Below are positions 31,708 through 41,983 of a stretch of DNA of 51,562 nucleotides, in pieces (positions within the stretch are counted from its first letter, which is position 1; every line of letters begins with the position of its first letter). The stretch covers positions 1 through 51,562 of the forward strand of contig CAYWOK010000001.1 of NCBI GenBank assembly GCA_964459895.1, written 5' to 3'. The notes under the pieces are model-generated. The model was not told the DNA's origin. It saw only the letters and a program-made list of their open reading frames with translations, and did not search any database. Source of the DNA: an uncultured Candidatus Izemoplasmatales bacterium (GTDB taxonomy: Bacteria > Bacillota_I > Bacilli_A > Izemoplasmatales > Hujiaoplasmataceae). A program made the translations under genes and the position numbers.

Positions 31708-32982
31708 ATGTTGGATATCAGACTGATCCGCGAGGAACCCGAAAAAACAATCAAACTTCTAAACCGCAGAGGCGGAGATTTTTCCTATCTTTACGAAGTG
31801 TTGGCTAAAGACCAGAAGCGTCGCGAGGCAATCTTGGAAGTTGAGACCATCAAAGCCAAAAAGAATGAAATTTCCCGTCTAGTCGGCCAATACAAGCGGG
31901 AAGGCAAATCAATTGAGTCCATTTTGCGTGAAATGGACGATTTTGCCAAGACTGTCGCTGATTTGGAAGCTAAAATACGCAGCTATGACGACGAAATAAA
32001 AAATGCATTGCTGATGACACCTAATATTCCAAAAGAAGATATTCCTGTTGGTAAAGATGATACCGAAAACGTTGAACTGAAAAGATTTCTTGAGCCGACC
32101 AAATTTACCTTTCCAATCAAATCCCATTACGAGCTTGGTGAATCACTTGACATCTTGGATTTCAATCGCGCCAGCAAAATCACCGGTTCGAGATTCGTAG
32201 TATATAAAGGTCTTGGCGCAAGACTTGAACGTTCGCTGATTCAGTTTATGATAGATTTGCATGCAAATGAACACGGATATATTGAGATTATTCCACCATA
32301 TATCGTCAACGAGACATCAATGTATGCGACAGGACAATTTCCTAAATTCATCGAGGACGCTTTCAAACTCAACGATGAAAGAAATCTCTATTTGAATCCC
32401 ACTGCGGAAGTTCCGACAATCAACCTGCATCGGGATGAAGTGTTGGAAAAACAGATGCTACCGATCAAGTACGTTTCTTTTACTACGGCTTTCCGCAAGG
32501 AAGCAGGATCTGCAGGCAAAGACACCAGAGGCATTTTACGTCAACACCAATTCAACAAAGTGGAACTAATCAAATTCACGAAACCGGAAGAATCATACCA
32601 CGAACTTGACGAAATGCTCAAAAATTCGGAGCACGTTCTGCAGTTACTAGAGATTCCTTACCGAGTTGTCACGCTGTGCACTGGCGATCTTGGTTTTTCG
32701 ATGCGGAAAACGTATGACATCGAAGTTTGGTTGCCTTCGGAAGACAAATACCGTGAGATTGGTTCAATTTCTAACGCAGAAGACTATCAGGCCAGAAGAG
32801 CAAATATTAAATACAGACCTGATACGGATGCAAAACTCGAATATGTCCACACCTTGAACGGCTCAGGCCTTGCGGTTGGAAGAACCGTGATTGCCATCAT
32901 GGAAAACTTCCAACAAAAAGACGGGTCAATAAAAATACCCGAAATTTTGCACAAATATATGGGCATAACAGAAATAAAATAA
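31708..32982 (+). CDS. serS: seryl-tRNA synthetase
   Basis: 424 aa. N-terminal coiled coil; class II motifs [25 protein letters not shown] and GSGLAVGRT. Confidence 0.96.
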   Translation: MLDIRLIREEPEKTIKLLNRRGGDFSYLYEVLAKDQKRREAILEVETIKAKKNEISRLVGQYKREGKSIESILREMDDFAKTVADLEAKIRSYDDEIKNALLMTPNIPKEDIPVGKDDTENVELKRFLEPTKFTFPIKSHYELGESLDILDFNRASKITGSRFVVYKGLGARLERSLIQFMIDLHANEHGYIEIIPPYIVNETSMYATGQFPKFIEDAFKLNDERNLYLNPTAEVPTINLHRDEVLEKQMLPIKYVSFTTAFRKEAGSAGKDTRGILRQHQFNKVELIKFTKPEESYHELDEMLKNSEHVLQLLEIPYRVVTLCTGDLGFSMRKTYDIEVWLPSEDKYREIGSISNAEDYQARRANIKYRPDTDAKLEYVHTLNGSGLAVGRTVIAIMENFQQKDGSIKIPEILHKYMGITEIK

Positions 32983-33019
32983 AAAAAACAAGGGACCGTA
33001 AATGGTCCCTTAATTTTTT
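32983..33019. terminator. bidirectional terminator (serS / HIT gene)
   Basis: A8, then stem AAGGGACC/GGTCCCTT, then T8. Confidence 0.85.
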
Positions 33020-33430
33020 TTACAGACATTCTTTAATTTTGGAAACCGTTTCTAGATATTGTTCCTTGGAAATGTTTCCGGCGTTGTTGATAAAATCGAT
33101 TTCAACACCATCGTGGACATATCTGGGAATCAGATGCAAATGAAAATGAAACACTGTTTGTAGAGGCTTTTCTGTATTTATCAAGACATTTAAGCCAATC
33201 GGATGAAAGGCGCTCTTGATTGCGTTGGCGATTTTTGGCACTTGTCTAAAAATGTTGGCAGCCACATCCTCATTGATATCATATAGGTTTTTGTAATGTT
33301 CTTTTGCAATCAAAAGCGTATGTCCCTTGGTCGCTTGGGAAATATCAAGAATAGCCACGATATTTTCGTCTTCATAAATTTTATAACTGGGAATCTCCCC
33401 ATTTACAATTCTGCAAAAAATACAATCCAT
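33020..33430 (-). CDS. HIT-family nucleotide hydrolase/transferase
   Basis: 136 aa. Histidine triad HFHLHLIP. N-terminal CIFCRI. Confidence 0.9.
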   Translation of the reverse strand: MDCIFCRIVNGEIPSYKIYEDENIVAILDISQATKGHTLLIAKEHYKNLYDINEDVAANIFRQVPKIANAIKSAFHPIGLNVLINTEKPLQTVFHFHLHLIPRYVHDGVEIDFINNAGNISKEQYLETVSKIKECL

Positions 33431-33432
33431 AA

Positions 33433-34092
33433 TTATTCATCCCCCTCATTAATAGTGTCTACTATATTTATCAATTCCCGAAAATCATTAATCCAATAGT
33501 CGGGATTTGTTGTCTCTAATTCAGCTTTTTTAATCGACCAGCCAACACCGCAAGTCAAGATCCTCGCATTCTTTCCCGCTAATATGTCAGAAGAATTATC
33601 GCCTACCATCATTGCGAGACCGTGTTCAAAATTAGCAAGCGCTTTGATGATCGGCTCGGGGTGTGGTTTGTGGTTTGTGACATCGTCAAGGCCGATTAAG
33701 ATATCAAGATATTTACTGATACCGAAATATTCTAAAGAAGGCAAGGCTGACGCGCGAAATTTTGTTGTCACGACACCGATATTAAAGCCTCGCATTTTGA
33801 ATTCTTTCAAAGTCTCGATAACGTGTGGATAGATATTTACGAGCGAGAATTCAAGTTCAATATAGATTTTTCTATATGTTGAAATCATTTTATTGAGGAC
33901 ATCTCTGTCTTTAGTTACCGCTTGGAAAGTTTCAAAAAGCGGAGGCCCGATCATCTCGATAATCATTTCGTCAGAGTAATTTTTATTTGGATCGAATTTA
34001 AGCAATGTGTGTCGGAAGGATTCAATGATCAGCCTGTTTGAATCAATCAAAGTTCCGTCCAAATCGAATAGCAATGTATCTAATTTACTCAT
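33433..34092 (-). CDS. HAD-superfamily phosphatase (PpaX/phosphoglycolate phosphatase-like)
   Basis: 219 aa. Motif I FDLDGTLIDS, motif II VVTTK, motif III/IV MVGDNSSD. Confidence 0.85.
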   Translation of the reverse strand: MSKLDTLLFDLDGTLIDSNRLIIESFRHTLLKFDPNKNYSDEMIIEMIGPPLFETFQAVTKDRDVLNKMISTYRKIYIELEFSLVNIYPHVIETLKEFKMRGFNIGVVTTKFRASALPSLEYFGISKYLDILIGLDDVTNHKPHPEPIIKALANFEHGLAMMVGDNSSDILAGKNARILTCGVGWSIKKAELETTNPDYWINDFRELINIVDTINEGDE

Positions 34093-34207
34093 TTTACCAC
34101 CACTTTAATTATAACAAATCTCTTTGGGATTTCCTACATATTTTGAAATGAAGTTCGAAGGTATGGCGTTCTTTTTTCGATTGTGATATAATAGCCCCGG
34201 TGATTTA

Positions 34208-35125
34208 GTGAAAAAAGCGATGATGATATACAATCCGTATAGCGGAAAGCAAAAGTTTGTCAATCATTTGGAATCAACCGTCAGTAAATTCAGAAACTCT
34301 GAATATGATATCGATCTTTTTGAGACCAAACATCCGGGACAAGCCACGGAATATGCCAAACAGGCATGCCTGGAAAACTATGAAACATTGATAATCGTCG
34401 GTGGCGACGGAACATTCAATGAATGTGTCAATGGGTTGATGGACTTTGAAAAGCGACCAGTGATCGGTTACATACCTGCCGGAACCTGTTGCGACATCGG
34501 TATGACTTTAGGCTTAACAAAAAACATAGATAAAGCCATTAAGAACATCCTGACAAATGATTCCGTCAAAATGGATGTGGTCAAATCAAACGACCGCTAT
34601 TTTTGTTATGTGTCTGGAAACGGAGCGTTTATCGATATCAGTTACGTTACAGATTCCAAACTAAAGAAGAAAATTGGATATTTTGCCTATCTTATCAAGG
34701 GCTTGGAAGAACTGTTCACAATCCCAAAGATGAAAATACACGTTTCTCATGACAACGGAACTGTCAAAGGAAGATTTTCCTTGATTCTTGTAATTAATTC
34801 CAAACGCGTCGCAGGAGTGAACATGATATATAAACCCAGTCTCGATGACGGTTTGGTTGATGTGGTAATGTATCGCAGTCTTTATCCTTTGAACGGACTA
34901 TTATATCTCATTTCCTTTTTGCTGCCGTTTTGGTCAACGCCGATTGTTACTAGGTTCAAAACATCGCAACTAAAAGTCGTGACCACCACAAAATCGAGAT
35001 GGAATATCGATGGTGAATCCGGAGGATACGGGAACCAGAATATCAGTGTCTGTCCGCACGCGATAGAAATCATTGTGCCACCCAAAATTAAGCAGAAATA
35101 TTTTCGAAATCAAGATGTTTCCTAA
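34208..35125 (+). CDS. dagK: diacylglycerol/lipid kinase (DagK/YegS family)
   Basis: 305 aa. N-terminus KKAMMIYNPYSG and the GGDGTFNE motif. GTG start. Confidence 0.85.
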   Translation: MKKAMMIYNPYSGKQKFVNHLESTVSKFRNSEYDIDLFETKHPGQATEYAKQACLENYETLIIVGGDGTFNECVNGLMDFEKRPVIGYIPAGTCCDIGMTLGLTKNIDKAIKNILTNDSVKMDVVKSNDRYFCYVSGNGAFIDISYVTDSKLKKKIGYFAYLIKGLEELFTIPKMKIHVSHDNGTVKGRFSLILVINSKRVAGVNMIYKPSLDDGLVDVVMYRSLYPLNGLLYLISFLLPFWSTPIVTRFKTSQLKVVTTTKSRWNIDGESGGYGNQNISVCPHAIEIIVPPKIKQKYFRNQDVS

Positions 35126-35660
35126 AAATATAATTGAAATTGTCGTGGTCGAGGGCGTCCATGATATGCAAAAACTGCAAAGCATATTTCCTGGCATCGA
35201 TTGTATAGTAACCGGTGGCAGTGAAATATCCGATAATACTATTGACATGATTTCCACCGCCTTTGAAAAACGAGGCGTGATTTTATTCATGGATCCAGAC
35301 TACCCCGGAAGACAAATAACCCATAAAATACTGGAGAAAGTTCCAGAATGCAAAATTGCTTTTATCGCAGCTAAAAACGCTAGAAGCAAAAATCAAAAAA
35401 AAGTGGGTATTGAACACGCTACGCCTGATGAAATCATCAGGAGCCTCGATCACCTGTTTTCGTATAAAAAGAATGTTTCCGAAAAAATTACTAGAACTGA
35501 TCTTGCTTCAAGGGGACTGATTGGCGAAAAATATGCCGCCAATAAACGGTTGATCGTTACCGAAGCTTTGAAACTTCCTCCTTGTAACGGCAAGACATTT
35601 TTAAAACTAGCAAACATGTTTGGGATAACCAAGCAAATGATTGACGAGGTCATAAAATGA
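35115..35660 (+). CDS. rnmV: ribonuclease M5 (Toprim domain)
   Basis: 181 aa. Motifs IVVVEGVHD and ILFMDPDYPG, colinear with B. subtilis RnmV. Start set to MFPKNIIE (35115). Conserved pairing with rsmA. Confidence 0.88.
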   Translation: MFPKNIIEIVVVEGVHDMQKLQSIFPGIDCIVTGGSEISDNTIDMISTAFEKRGVILFMDPDYPGRQITHKILEKVPECKIAFIAAKNARSKNQKKVGIEHATPDEIIRSLDHLFSYKKNVSEKITRTDLASRGLIGEKYAANKRLIVTEALKLPPCNGKTFLKLANMFGITKQMIDEVIK

Positions 35661-36535
35661 ATAAGATTGGGACAAAATGGGAAACGATAGACACTTTACA
35701 TCAAACAAATTTTCGAATCAAGAAGCATCTTGGTCAGAATTTTTTGGTTGACCAGAATATTCTTGACAAAATTATTGAGGTTTCAAATATTGACAAGACC
35801 ACATGCGTAATTGAAGTTGGGCCCGGATTTGGGGCTTTGACGGAAAAATTATGTCAAAACGCCAAGAAAGTACTGGCGTATGAAATTGACAAGGAATTAA
35901 TTCCCATATTGAAAAACAAACTCAAGGGAACAAGCAATCTGATTCTTCTCAATCAAGATATATTGAATACCGATATCGATAAAGATATCGAACATTATTT
36001 TGAAAACGAAATGGATATCATCGTCTGTAGCAATCTTCCTTATTACATTACAACTCCGATTCTGATGCGTTTTCTCGAAACATCAAAACGAGTTTCCAAA
36101 CTGATATTGATGATGCAGACAGAAGTCGCTAGAAGAATCACTTCGAAACCAAATACCAAAGACTATAACGCTTTGAGTATTGTGATTGATTATCGATCCG
36201 TGGCAACTTATTTATTCAAAGTTCCCAAAACCGTATTCATACCGACACCAAAGGTCGATTCCGCCATTGTTCAAATTGAAGTAAGAAAAGAACCCGTAAA
36301 CCAACCGATAAATGAACCTTTTTTCTTCAAATTTGTCCACAATTGTTTCGCCCAAAGAAGAAAGACACTTATAAACAATCTACTTTCTGCATATCCAGAA
36401 CACACAAGAATTGATTTTGAAAACATTTTGACAAAACACAATCTAAACTTGTCGATCAGAGCGGAAGCGATTGAATCGGGAGCATTTGTCAACCTATGTA
36501 ACGATGTAGTCAAAGTTATTGAAAATAGAAATTAA
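35657..36535 (+). CDS. rsmA: 16S rRNA (adenine1518/1519-N6)-dimethyltransferase
   Basis: 292 aa. Motifs LGQNFLVD, VIEVGPGFGALT and NLPYYITTPI. Confidence 0.95.
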   Translation: MNKIGTKWETIDTLHQTNFRIKKHLGQNFLVDQNILDKIIEVSNIDKTTCVIEVGPGFGALTEKLCQNAKKVLAYEIDKELIPILKNKLKGTSNLILLNQDILNTDIDKDIEHYFENEMDIIVCSNLPYYITTPILMRFLETSKRVSKLILMMQTEVARRITSKPNTKDYNALSIVIDYRSVATYLFKVPKTVFIPTPKVDSAIVQIEVRKEPVNQPINEPFFFKFVHNCFAQRRKTLINNLLSAYPEHTRIDFENILTKHNLNLSIRAEAIESGAFVNLCNDVVKVIENRN

Positions 36536-36561
36536 CGCCCCAAAATTTTGTGGGCGTTTTT
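36534..36561 (+). terminator. rsmA terminator
   Basis: Stem AACGCCC/GGGCGTT with inner CAAAA/TTTTG pairing, followed by T5. Confidence 0.75.
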
Positions 36562-36570
36562 ATTGTGGCA

Positions 36571-36579
36571 TGTTATAAT
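36571..36579 (+). promoter_or_regulatory. extended -10 (TGtTATAAT) of glyA
   Basis: TGTTATAAT at 36571-36579, about 32 nt upstream of the glyA ATG. Confidence 0.5.
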
Positions 36580-36610
36580 TGGATTGATAATACCAATACG
36601 CTTGAAAGGG

Positions 36611-37870
36611 ATGACTAATACGAACAAATTACATGCGGTAGATATGGAAATTGCAAAACTAATCGAAGAGGAAATTTCAAGACAGGAATCACATCTTGAA
36701 TTAATAGCTTCCGAGAACTTTGTCTCGGAAGCGGTATTGATTGCGGACGGGAGCGTACTGACCAACAAATATGCTGAAGGGTATCCGGGGAAAAGATATT
36801 ATGGCGGTTGTGAATTTGTGGATGGAGTTGAATCTTTGGCGAGAGAAAGAGTAAAGAAAATCTTTAACGTTGCTTACGCCAACGTCCAGCCTCATTCAGG
36901 TTCGACAGCCAATATGGGAGCTTATAGGGCGATCCTTGAACCGGGTGACATAGTCATGGGGATGGCGCTTGATCAAGGCGGTCATCTTACACATGGACAC
37001 CCACTTAATTTTAGTGGAATTGATTATGAATTCCATCCTTATTTCGTTGATAAGGAGACAGAAAAAATTGATTATGATGACTTAGCGAAAAAAGCCATGG
37101 AAATTAAACCAAAATTGATAGTTGCCGGAGCCAGCGCCTATCCAAGAACTCTTGATTTCAAGCGTTTCCGTGAAATCTGCGATTCTGTTGGCGCCATGCT
37201 TATGGTTGATATGGCTCATATTGCCGGTCTAGTCGCAGCCAAACTTCATCCGAATCCATGCGATTACGCCGATATTGTCACTTCGACAACGCATAAGACT
37301 TTGCGCGGTCCAAGGGGAGGAATCATTCTCACAAACAACGAAGAAATAGCCAAAAAAGTCGATAAGGTTATTTTTCCTGGAATCCAGGGCGGGCCTTTGA
37401 TGCATATCATAGCCGCCAAAGCAGTGGCGTTTCAGGAAGCACTTTCGGATGGATTTCAAACGTATCAGGAACAGGTTGTGAAAAATGCCAAAGCATTTGC
37501 GGGAAAATTCGTCGATTTGGGATACCACGTTGTATCGGGAGGAACCGACAACCATTTGTTATTGCTTGATGTATTGTCCAAAACAGGGCTTACAGGAAAA
37601 AAAGCAGAAAACCTGTTGGATACCGTGAATATCACTTGCAATAAGAATACGATTCCATATGACACGCAGAAGCCGTTTATTGCGAGCGGAATTCGGCTTG
37701 GAACCCCCGCGATGACGACAAGAGGCTTCATAGAAAGCGATTTTGAGGAAGTCGCAATCCTGATTGATTTGGCACTTTCAAACGATAAGGATGAAGTTGT
37801 ATTAAGCGAAGTTAAACGCCGTGTAAAAATTTTGACTGACAGCCATCCATTAAATTATTCCCATGAATAA
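36611..37870 (+). CDS. glyA: serine hydroxymethyltransferase
   Basis: 419 aa. Motifs [18 protein letters not shown] and the PLP motif [14 protein letters not shown]. Start at 36611 follows SD GAAAGGG. Confidence 0.96.
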   Translation: MTNTNKLHAVDMEIAKLIEEEISRQESHLELIASENFVSEAVLIADGSVLTNKYAEGYPGKRYYGGCEFVDGVESLARERVKKIFNVAYANVQPHSGSTANMGAYRAILEPGDIVMGMALDQGGHLTHGHPLNFSGIDYEFHPYFVDKETEKIDYDDLAKKAMEIKPKLIVAGASAYPRTLDFKRFREICDSVGAMLMVDMAHIAGLVAAKLHPNPCDYADIVTSTTHKTLRGPRGGIILTNNEEIAKKVDKVIFPGIQGGPLMHIIAAKAVAFQEALSDGFQTYQEQVVKNAKAFAGKFVDLGYHVVSGGTDNHLLLLDVLSKTGLTGKKAENLLDTVNITCNKNTIPYDTQKPFIASGIRLGTPAMTTRGFIESDFEEVAILIDLALSNDKDEVVLSEVKRRVKILTDSHPLNYSHE

Positions 37871-38414
37871 AATCCTTGTTTGCGTCGAGGATAGCCTGTT
37901 GTCAATCAGAATCAAGCGGTTTTTGACTGAAAAGGGATTTGTGACAGAAATAACAAAAAACCCAATCAATTCTGAAGAGTTGAACAGATATGACATATTG
38001 ATTGTTCATTCATCTTATCGAATCACTAATTTGTTTGGTTTTATTGAAAATCTCGTCTTGAAAAACGTCATTCCAGTAATATATTTATCAATGAATCCGC
38101 ATGGCGGCTTGATACAAAGACTGAATCAATATGCTAATTTCACGAATATCGATGAAATAAAAATGGATGCGGAACTGCCTCTGGCAATTATACTTTATGA
38201 CAAGTTTTTGCATAAGACAAAAGCTTTGGAAGCAGAGAACATCCAATTGAAAATCAAATCGCACAACGACAAAATTTTTCTTGAATGCAAGGAATATTTG
38301 ATTTCTAAGGGATTATCCGAAAATGAAGCTCATCACAAAATAATAAAATTGGCAATGGATAACAAAATAAACAAATACAAGATGGCAGAGCGGATTTTGA
38401 AAGAAAAACTCTGA
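37863..38414 (+). CDS. ANTAR-domain RNA-binding regulator with a receiver-like (probably non-phosphorylatable) N-terminal domain
   Basis: 183 aa. Receiver-like N-terminus (KILVCVED...YDILIVHSS...IPVIYLS), coiled-coil linker, then an ANTAR-like C-terminus ([43 protein letters not shown]). 8-nt overlap with the glyA stop. Confidence 0.7.
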   Translation: MNKILVCVEDSLLSIRIKRFLTEKGFVTEITKNPINSEELNRYDILIVHSSYRITNLFGFIENLVLKNVIPVIYLSMNPHGGLIQRLNQYANFTNIDEIKMDAELPLAIILYDKFLHKTKALEAENIQLKIKSHNDKIFLECKEYLISKGLSENEAHHKIIKLAMDNKINKYKMAERILKEKL

Positions 38415-38419
38415 TACCG

Positions 38420-38468
38420 TTGCGAAATAGAAAAACAGTTGTATAATAGACACTAAATATAATAGACA
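38420..38468 (+). promoter_or_regulatory. glnA promoter region with a duplicated -10-containing 11-mer
   Basis: TTGCGA (38420-38425), 16 bp spacer, TATAAT (38442-38447). The 11-mer TATAATAGACA occurs at 38442-38452 and again at 38458-38468. Confidence 0.5.
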
Positions 38469-39884
38469 ATGGCGTCTAAAAGAAAGGTTATCGGTTTTTC
38501 GGGAGTGCCTGGCATTGTCCCCAAGACAGATAAAATGAAAAAAATGATTAAATTAACAAAAGAGGACATTTTAAAAAACGCACGCGAAGAAAATGTTCGT
38601 TACATCCGGCTTATGTTTACAGACATCAACGGAACAATCAAAAGCGTCGAAATTCCAGTAGGAAGATTAGAAACTGCACTTGATGGTAATGTCATGTTTG
38701 ACGGGTCATCAATTGAAGGTTTCGTCCGCATCATGGAAGCGGATATGTACTTGCGACCGGATTTCAACACCTGGTTGATCCTAAGTTGGGAAGAAACGGC
38801 ATATGGAAAAGTCGCAAGACTGATCTGCGACGTCTATACACCTGATGGAAAACCGTCTGACGCTGATCCCAGATGGAATCTGAAGCGGGTCGCAAAAAAA
38901 ATGGAAAAACTTGGATTTTCCACTTTGAATATCGGCTTCGAACCGGAATTCTTCCTTTTCAGGTTAGATGAAAAAGGCGAAATCATCATGGATGTCGCCG
39001 ATAATGGAGGATATTTCGATCTTTCTCCAATTGACGGAGCCAGTGACTGCAGAAGAGATATCGTTCTGGAACTTGAAAGAATCGGTTTTACGATGGAGGC
39101 AAGTCATCACGAAGTCGCTCCAGGGCAAAATGAAATTAATTTCCAATTTTCCAACATCGTTGAAGCCTGCGACAATGTACAAACATTCAAACTTGTCGTC
39201 AAAAATATCGCTAGAAGACATGGACTTCATGCTACATTCATGCCTAAACCGATTGCAAAGATCAACGGATCCGGAATGCATACAAACTGTTCATTGGCAG
39301 ATATGCAAGGAAACAATGCATTTTATGATCCGAATGACCCTATGGGATTATCGCAAACATGCAGAGAATGGCTAACTGGAATATTGACTCATTCACGCTA
39401 TTTTTGTGCAATCACAAACCCAACAGTCAATTCTTACAAGAGGTTGGTTCCGGGATACGAAGCTCCTTGTTATGTTTCTTGGTCCGAACACAATCGTTCT
39501 GTTATGGTAAGAATTCCTGCCACGAGAGGCAAAACCACAAGGACGGAAATAAGAAGTGTTGATACATCGGCTAATCCATATTTGGCAATGGCCGTCATTC
39601 TTGCTGCCGGGCTTGATGGAATTGAAAAAAAATTGCCTTTGATCGCTCCGATTAATGAAAACCTATTTGAAAAAACAGATGCGGAAAGAAAAACGCTCGG
39701 GGTAAGTAACCTTCCCGATAATCTCAAAGAAGCAATAGATCTTTTAAAAGAAGATAACTTAATTAAAGAAGCGCTTGGTCAGCACATCTTCAAAAAATTC
39801 ATCGAATTGAAAAATCGAGAGTGGGATGATTTTAGATCCGCAGTTACCGAGTGGGAAATAAAAAGATACATAAAATTGATATGA
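38469..39884 (+). CDS. glnA: glutamine synthetase, type I
   Basis: Motifs [25 protein letters not shown] and [17 protein letters not shown]. The stop is certain but the start is not. The conserved GlnA N-terminus ([23 protein letters not shown]) aligns with the ATG at 38535 or 38544. The ATG at 38469 would add about 22-25 aa. None of the three has an SD. Confidence 0.9.
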   Translation: MASKRKVIGFSGVPGIVPKTDKMKKMIKLTKEDILKNAREENVRYIRLMFTDINGTIKSVEIPVGRLETALDGNVMFDGSSIEGFVRIMEADMYLRPDFNTWLILSWEETAYGKVARLICDVYTPDGKPSDADPRWNLKRVAKKMEKLGFSTLNIGFEPEFFLFRLDEKGEIIMDVADNGGYFDLSPIDGASDCRRDIVLELERIGFTMEASHHEVAPGQNEINFQFSNIVEACDNVQTFKLVVKNIARRHGLHATFMPKPIAKINGSGMHTNCSLADMQGNNAFYDPNDPMGLSQTCREWLTGILTHSRYFCAITNPTVNSYKRLVPGYEAPCYVSWSEHNRSVMVRIPATRGKTTRTEIRSVDTSANPYLAMAVILAAGLDGIEKKLPLIAPINENLFEKTDAERKTLGVSNLPDNLKEAIDLLKEDNLIKEALGQHIFKKFIELKNREWDDFRSAVTEWEIKRYIKLI

Positions 39885-39888
39885 TATT

Positions 39889-39922
39889 AAAAGATGTCCT
39901 CGTCATCGAGAACATCTTTTTT
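39889..39922. terminator. bidirectional terminator (glnA / hslO)
   Basis: AAAAGATGTcCTCG tcat CGAGaACATCTTTT hairpin followed by a T-run. Confidence 0.85.
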
Positions 39923-39930
39923 ATAGTAAT

Positions 39931-40818
39931 CTAATCTTTATTACTTGACTTAGCTTCAAGCTTCAAATTTCGCAAATCAGAAATGGAGAAATCATATTTC
40001 TTATTGCAAAACTGGCAGATTACTTCAACAATCTCGTCTTTGTCAATCATCTCTTGCAACTCAATTTCTCCTAACGAAATCAAGCCTTTTGCGAAACGCG
40101 CCAGCGTACAGTCGCAAACATATTTGACATCCATGGATTCGATTATCTTATAGTCGCCTTTTGTAATTTCGTTGATCAAATCTTCAGGGGAAAACCCGTT
40201 CTGAAGAAGATCGCTAACTGGTTTCATATTGGTAATATTCTTTTCAAGCATATTGATGGTTTCATTTGAAACTCCTGGTAATACCTGGAGTATAAATCCT
40301 CCGCTTGATATCACATTGCCATCGGGAGAGACCAAAACACCAAGGCCAACGGAGGACGGAATTTGTTCGCTCATTGCAAAATAAAACGCAAAGTCATCGC
40401 CGATTTCTCCGGTTTGCAGTTTGGAGCTTGAGGTATAGATATCTTTGACTTTCAAGTCTTTAGTAACACGTAGAAAACCATCGTTTCCAACTACTTTTCC
40501 AACTGCCAACTTGCCTTCATTTGTCGATAAGTTTACATGGGGATTGGAGACCATCCCTTTCACTTCTCCTCGCGCGTTTGACAAGGCGATAATCTTGCCA
40601 ATTGGCCCTTTACCATCAATTTGTATTACAACACTTTGATCACCTTTTAGTAAGGCTCCCATGATTAAAGAGGCGGTAAGGGTTCTGCCAAAAGCTGCAG
40701 TAGCAGCCGGCCAAGTGTCATGTATTTTTCTGGCATCCTCAACAAGATTTGTTGTGACTGCTGCATACAGCCTGACGGTTTTTGAATAGGCAAATGCTTT
40801 TACTAGATAGTCTTTCAA
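39931..40818 (-). CDS. hslO: redox-regulated chaperone Hsp33
   Basis: 295 aa. C-terminal zinc centre CDC...CQFC. TTG start after SD AAGGA. Confidence 0.92.
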   Translation of the reverse strand: MKDYLVKAFAYSKTVRLYAAVTTNLVEDARKIHDTWPAATAAFGRTLTASLIMGALLKGDQSVVIQIDGKGPIGKIIALSNARGEVKGMVSNPHVNLSTNEGKLAVGKVVGNDGFLRVTKDLKVKDIYTSSSKLQTGEIGDDFAFYFAMSEQIPSSVGLGVLVSPDGNVISSGGFILQVLPGVSNETINMLEKNITNMKPVSDLLQNGFSPEDLINEITKGDYKIIESMDVKYVCDCTLARFAKGLISLGEIELQEMIDKDEIVEVICQFCNKKYDFSISDLRNLKLEAKSSNKD

Positions 40819-40933
40819 GATATCACATCCTTAAATTAATTATAGCACACTCTGTATACATTAAATTCTTTTTGTCATAGTCTAATAAATAATGTATAAT
40901 TGATATGCAAGCCATACCGAAAGGGGTCGCTAG

Positions 40934-41914
40934 ATGAAATGGAATATTCGTGATTTGGAAATACAAAATCAAATCGTAGTTGCTCCGATGGCAGGAATAA
41001 CAAATTTAGCATATCGATCTATTTTGAAGGAATACGGGGCAGGATTGATTTATACAGAAATGATTTCTGATAAGGGTTTAAGTCATGAAAATCAAAAGAC
41101 TCTTTCCATGTTGGAAGTTTATGCAGAAGAAAGGCCGATCACCATGCAACTGTTTGGCAGCGAGCCCGAATCAATGGCCGAAGCAGCGAAAAGAATCGAC
41201 ACTGAAACCTCCGCAGATATCATCGATATCAATATGGGTTGTCCGGTAAACAAAGTAATCAAAGGAAATTCAGGATCAAAACTAATGCTCTTTCCTGAAA
41301 AAGTATTTGCGATTGTTTCCGCAGTTGTCAAATCTGTAAACAAACCAGTGACAGTTAAAATTCGTAGCGGATGGGATCGGTCCCTCATTAACGCTGTGGA
41401 AATCGCAAAGATAATTGAACAAGCGGGGGCAAGCGCAATAGCGGTTCATGGCAGAACCAGATCCCAGATGTATTCGGGAAAATCTGATTGGGATATCATC
41501 AAACAAGTAAAAGAAAACGTGAAAATTCCTGTAATCGGAAACGGAGATATCCTCACACCAGAAGACGCTTTAGGAATGTTAAAACAAACAAATTGCGACG
41601 CGGTGATGATTGGAAGAGGCTTGCTTGGAAACCCGTGGCTGATAAAACAAACATTAGATCTAATAGAAACTGGGTCTTATCAAGAACACGTGACGTTGAC
41701 AGAAAGAAAAACCATCATTTTCCGCCATTTGGAATTATTGAAAAAACTTAAGGGCGAACATTTGGCTATCTTGGAAATGCGTAGTCATGGGGCTTGGTAT
41801 ATCAAAGGTTTGAAAAATTCCGCAAACGTAAAAGCCAAGATATCTTCCGCGAAAACAGAGGCAGAATTTACGAGTATTATTGAAGATTATTTTGCATATT
41901 TGAACGATTTGTAA
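40934..41914 (+). CDS. dusB: tRNA-dihydrouridine synthase
   Basis: 326 aa. Motifs VAPMAGITN, DINMGCP, HGRTRSQ and IGNGDI. Confidence 0.93.
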   Translation: MKWNIRDLEIQNQIVVAPMAGITNLAYRSILKEYGAGLIYTEMISDKGLSHENQKTLSMLEVYAEERPITMQLFGSEPESMAEAAKRIDTETSADIIDINMGCPVNKVIKGNSGSKLMLFPEKVFAIVSAVVKSVNKPVTVKIRSGWDRSLINAVEIAKIIEQAGASAIAVHGRTRSQMYSGKSDWDIIKQVKENVKIPVIGNGDILTPEDALGMLKQTNCDAVMIGRGLLGNPWLIKQTLDLIETGSYQEHVTLTERKTIIFRHLELLKKLKGEHLAILEMRSHGAWYIKGLKNSANVKAKISSAKTEAEFTSIIEDYFAYLNDL

Positions 41915-41917
41915 AAC

Positions 41918-41945
41918 AAAGCTCACTAAAAAAGTGAGCTTTTTC
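41918..41945. terminator. terminator after dusB, probably also serving the convergent hflX
   Basis: Stem AAAGCTCAC/GTGAGCTTT with T-rich flanks on both strands. Confidence 0.8.
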
Positions 41946-41983
41946 CAACAAATAGAGGACTGAGCGTGTTTTATCTTCTGATG

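Noticed and set aside
38479-38534. Second ANTAR hairpin and an intrinsic terminator in the glnA leader
   Set aside because: I found only one hexaloop hairpin (38463-38478). There is no second hexaloop hairpin and no stem followed by a U-tract; the T5 at 38495-38499 has no preceding stem. A canonical ANTAR antitermination site therefore cannot be claimed from the sequence.
40819-40933. CIRCE/HrcA operator near hslO (TAGCACACTC)
   Set aside because: Only a single imperfect half-site is present. There is no inverted partner at a 9-bp spacing, and the half-site overlaps the -10 region by chance.
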